From: Mayamaea pseudoterrestris
Taxonomy: Eukaryota
Direction: 5' to 3'
Assembly (NCBI GenBank): GCA_027923505.1
Contig: BROI01000009.1
Span: 62,001-126,000 of the forward strand
DNA: 64,000 bases
Of the stretch, positions 62,701 through 64,000 are shown in pieces. The first letter of the stretch is position 1. Each line of letters starts with the position of its first letter. The notes under the pieces were generated by a model. The model saw only the letters and a list, made by a program, of their open reading frames with translations. It did no database searches and was not told where the DNA came from. Made by a program: the position numbers and the translations under genes.

Positions 62701-64000
62701 AGGCAAAACATGTCCAGGGTATGCCATTGACAGGTGCAGAGTCTCAAATGGTGCAAAAAGGACTGCCTGGAGGTGGAGGCTGACACCATGGGTACGGCCT
62801 CCACTGTGGGTATGGCCAACACCACAAGTTGCAGATTCTTCCCTGTCAAACGCCCCATGCCTGGCCACCCAAATACCCAATGAGTCAGGCAAAACATGTC
62901 CAGGGTATGCCATTGACAGGTGCATAGTCTCAAATGGTGCAAAAAGGACTGCCTGGAGGCTGACATCATGGGTACGGCCTCCACTGTGTGTAGGGCCAAC
63001 ACCACAACTGGCATACTTCCCTGTCAAACGCCCCATGCCCTGGCCACCCAAATACCCAATGAGTCAGGCAAAACATGTCCAGGGTATGCCATTGACAGGT
63101 GCAGAGTCTCAAATGGTGCAAAAAGGACTGCCTGGAGGCTGACACCATGGGTACGGCCTCCACTGTGGGTATGCCAACACCACAAGTTGCAGATTCATCC
63201 CCGTCAAACGCCCCATGCCCTGGCCACCCAAATACCCAATGAGTCAGGCAAAACATGTCCAGGGTATGCCATTGACAGGTGCAGAGTCTCAAATGGTGCA
63301 AAAAGGACTGCCTGGAGGCTGACACCATGGGTATGGTCTACTGTGGGTATGGCCAACACCACAAGTTGCAGATTCTTCCCTGTCAAACGCCCCATGCCCT
63401 GGCCACCCAAATACCCAATGAGTCAGGAAAAACATGTCCAGGGTAGGCCATTGACAGGTGCAGAGTCTCAAATGGTGCAAAAAGGACTGCCTGGAGGCTG
63501 ACAACATGGGTACGGCCTCCACTGTGGGTATGGCCAACACACAAGTTGCAGATTCTTCCCTGTCAAACGCCCCATGCCCTGGCCACCCAAATACCCAATG
63601 AGTCAGGCAAAACATGTCCAGGGGAGGCCATTGACAGGTGCAGAGTCTCAAATGGTGCAAAAAGGACTGCCTGAGGCTGAAAACATGGGTACGGCCTCCA
63701 CTGTGGGTTGGCCAACACCACAAGGTTGCAATCTCCTGTCAAACGCCCCATGCCCTGGCCACCCAAATACCCAATGAGTCAGGCAAAACATGTCCAGGGG
63801 ATGCCATTGACAGGTGCAGAGTCTCAAATGGTGCAAAAAGGACTGCTGAAAGGCTGACACCATGGGTATGGCCTCCACTGTGGGTATGGCCAACACCACA
63901 AGTTGCAGATTCTTCCCTGTCAAACGCCCCATGCCCTGGCCACCCAAATACCCAATGAGTCAGGCAAAACATGTCCAGGGTAGGCCATTGACAGGTGCAT
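59720..64000. repeat. Satellite C (~180-bp monomer), ~24 copies, continues beyond the window
   Basis: tgagtcaggc at 60061 and 60241; tgccattgac at 61861 and 62041. Monomer tgagtcaggcaaaacatgtccagggtatgccattgacaggtgcagagtctc.... Confidence 0.97.

Noticed and set aside
59393..63972. Many overlapping ORFs with repeated peptides (MPWPPKYPMSQAKHVQG..., HHLRLCTCQWH...)
   Set aside because: These are translations of the ~180-bp satellite C; frequent 1-2 bp indels shift frames between copies, so there is no sign of coding constraint.
37740..64000. CRISPR-like array
   Set aside because: Whole monomers are repeated with no unique spacers, and there are no cas genes. The 'CAS1' family gene at 1-2.8 kb is an acetyltransferase with a coincidental name.
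37740..64000. Hammerhead or HDV ribozyme satellites (retrozyme-like), or tandem 5S/snRNA genes
   Set aside because: I found no CUGANGA...GAAA core on either strand of the consensus monomers. ggcatgggtccagc and ggccggca resemble the HDV 5' end but lack the pairing partners. No 5S, U1 or U2 hallmark sequence was seen. An Infernal scan would be needed to exclude other classes.

Overview
Eukaryotic nuclear DNA, most likely a diatom: compact genes with short GT-AG introns, two proteins with signal peptide plus 'A/G-F' plastid-targeting-like leaders, and diatom-style low-complexity hypothetical proteins. The window has two very different halves. Positions 1 to ~37.6 kb are gene-dense: a CAS1/RWA-type O-acetyltransferase, tRNA-Gln(CTG), an MpaB/rubber-oxygenase-like protein, a putative glycosyltransferase, a P3A plasma-membrane H+-ATPase, a double-GT49 glycosyltransferase, a methyltransferase-riboflavin kinase fusion, a degenerate ABC protein, a CCR4-like EEP nuclease with an inserted Mut7-C domain, and several hypotheticals. 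About 150 bp after the last gene, a gene-free tandem-repeat domain begins and runs past the window end (over 26 kb). It consists of three nucleosome-sized satellites (A 172 bp, B 169 bp, C ~180 bp) arranged B1-A14-B10-A~100-linker-C24+. The domain has a homogeneous core, mirrored older flanks, ~1.2-kb higher-order duplications, recurring block junctions, many dyad symmetries and CpG-decay signatures. It is a candidate satellite-type centromere or heterochromatin domain, or an expanded composite mobile element. All counts and alignments were made by eye; no database searches were run.
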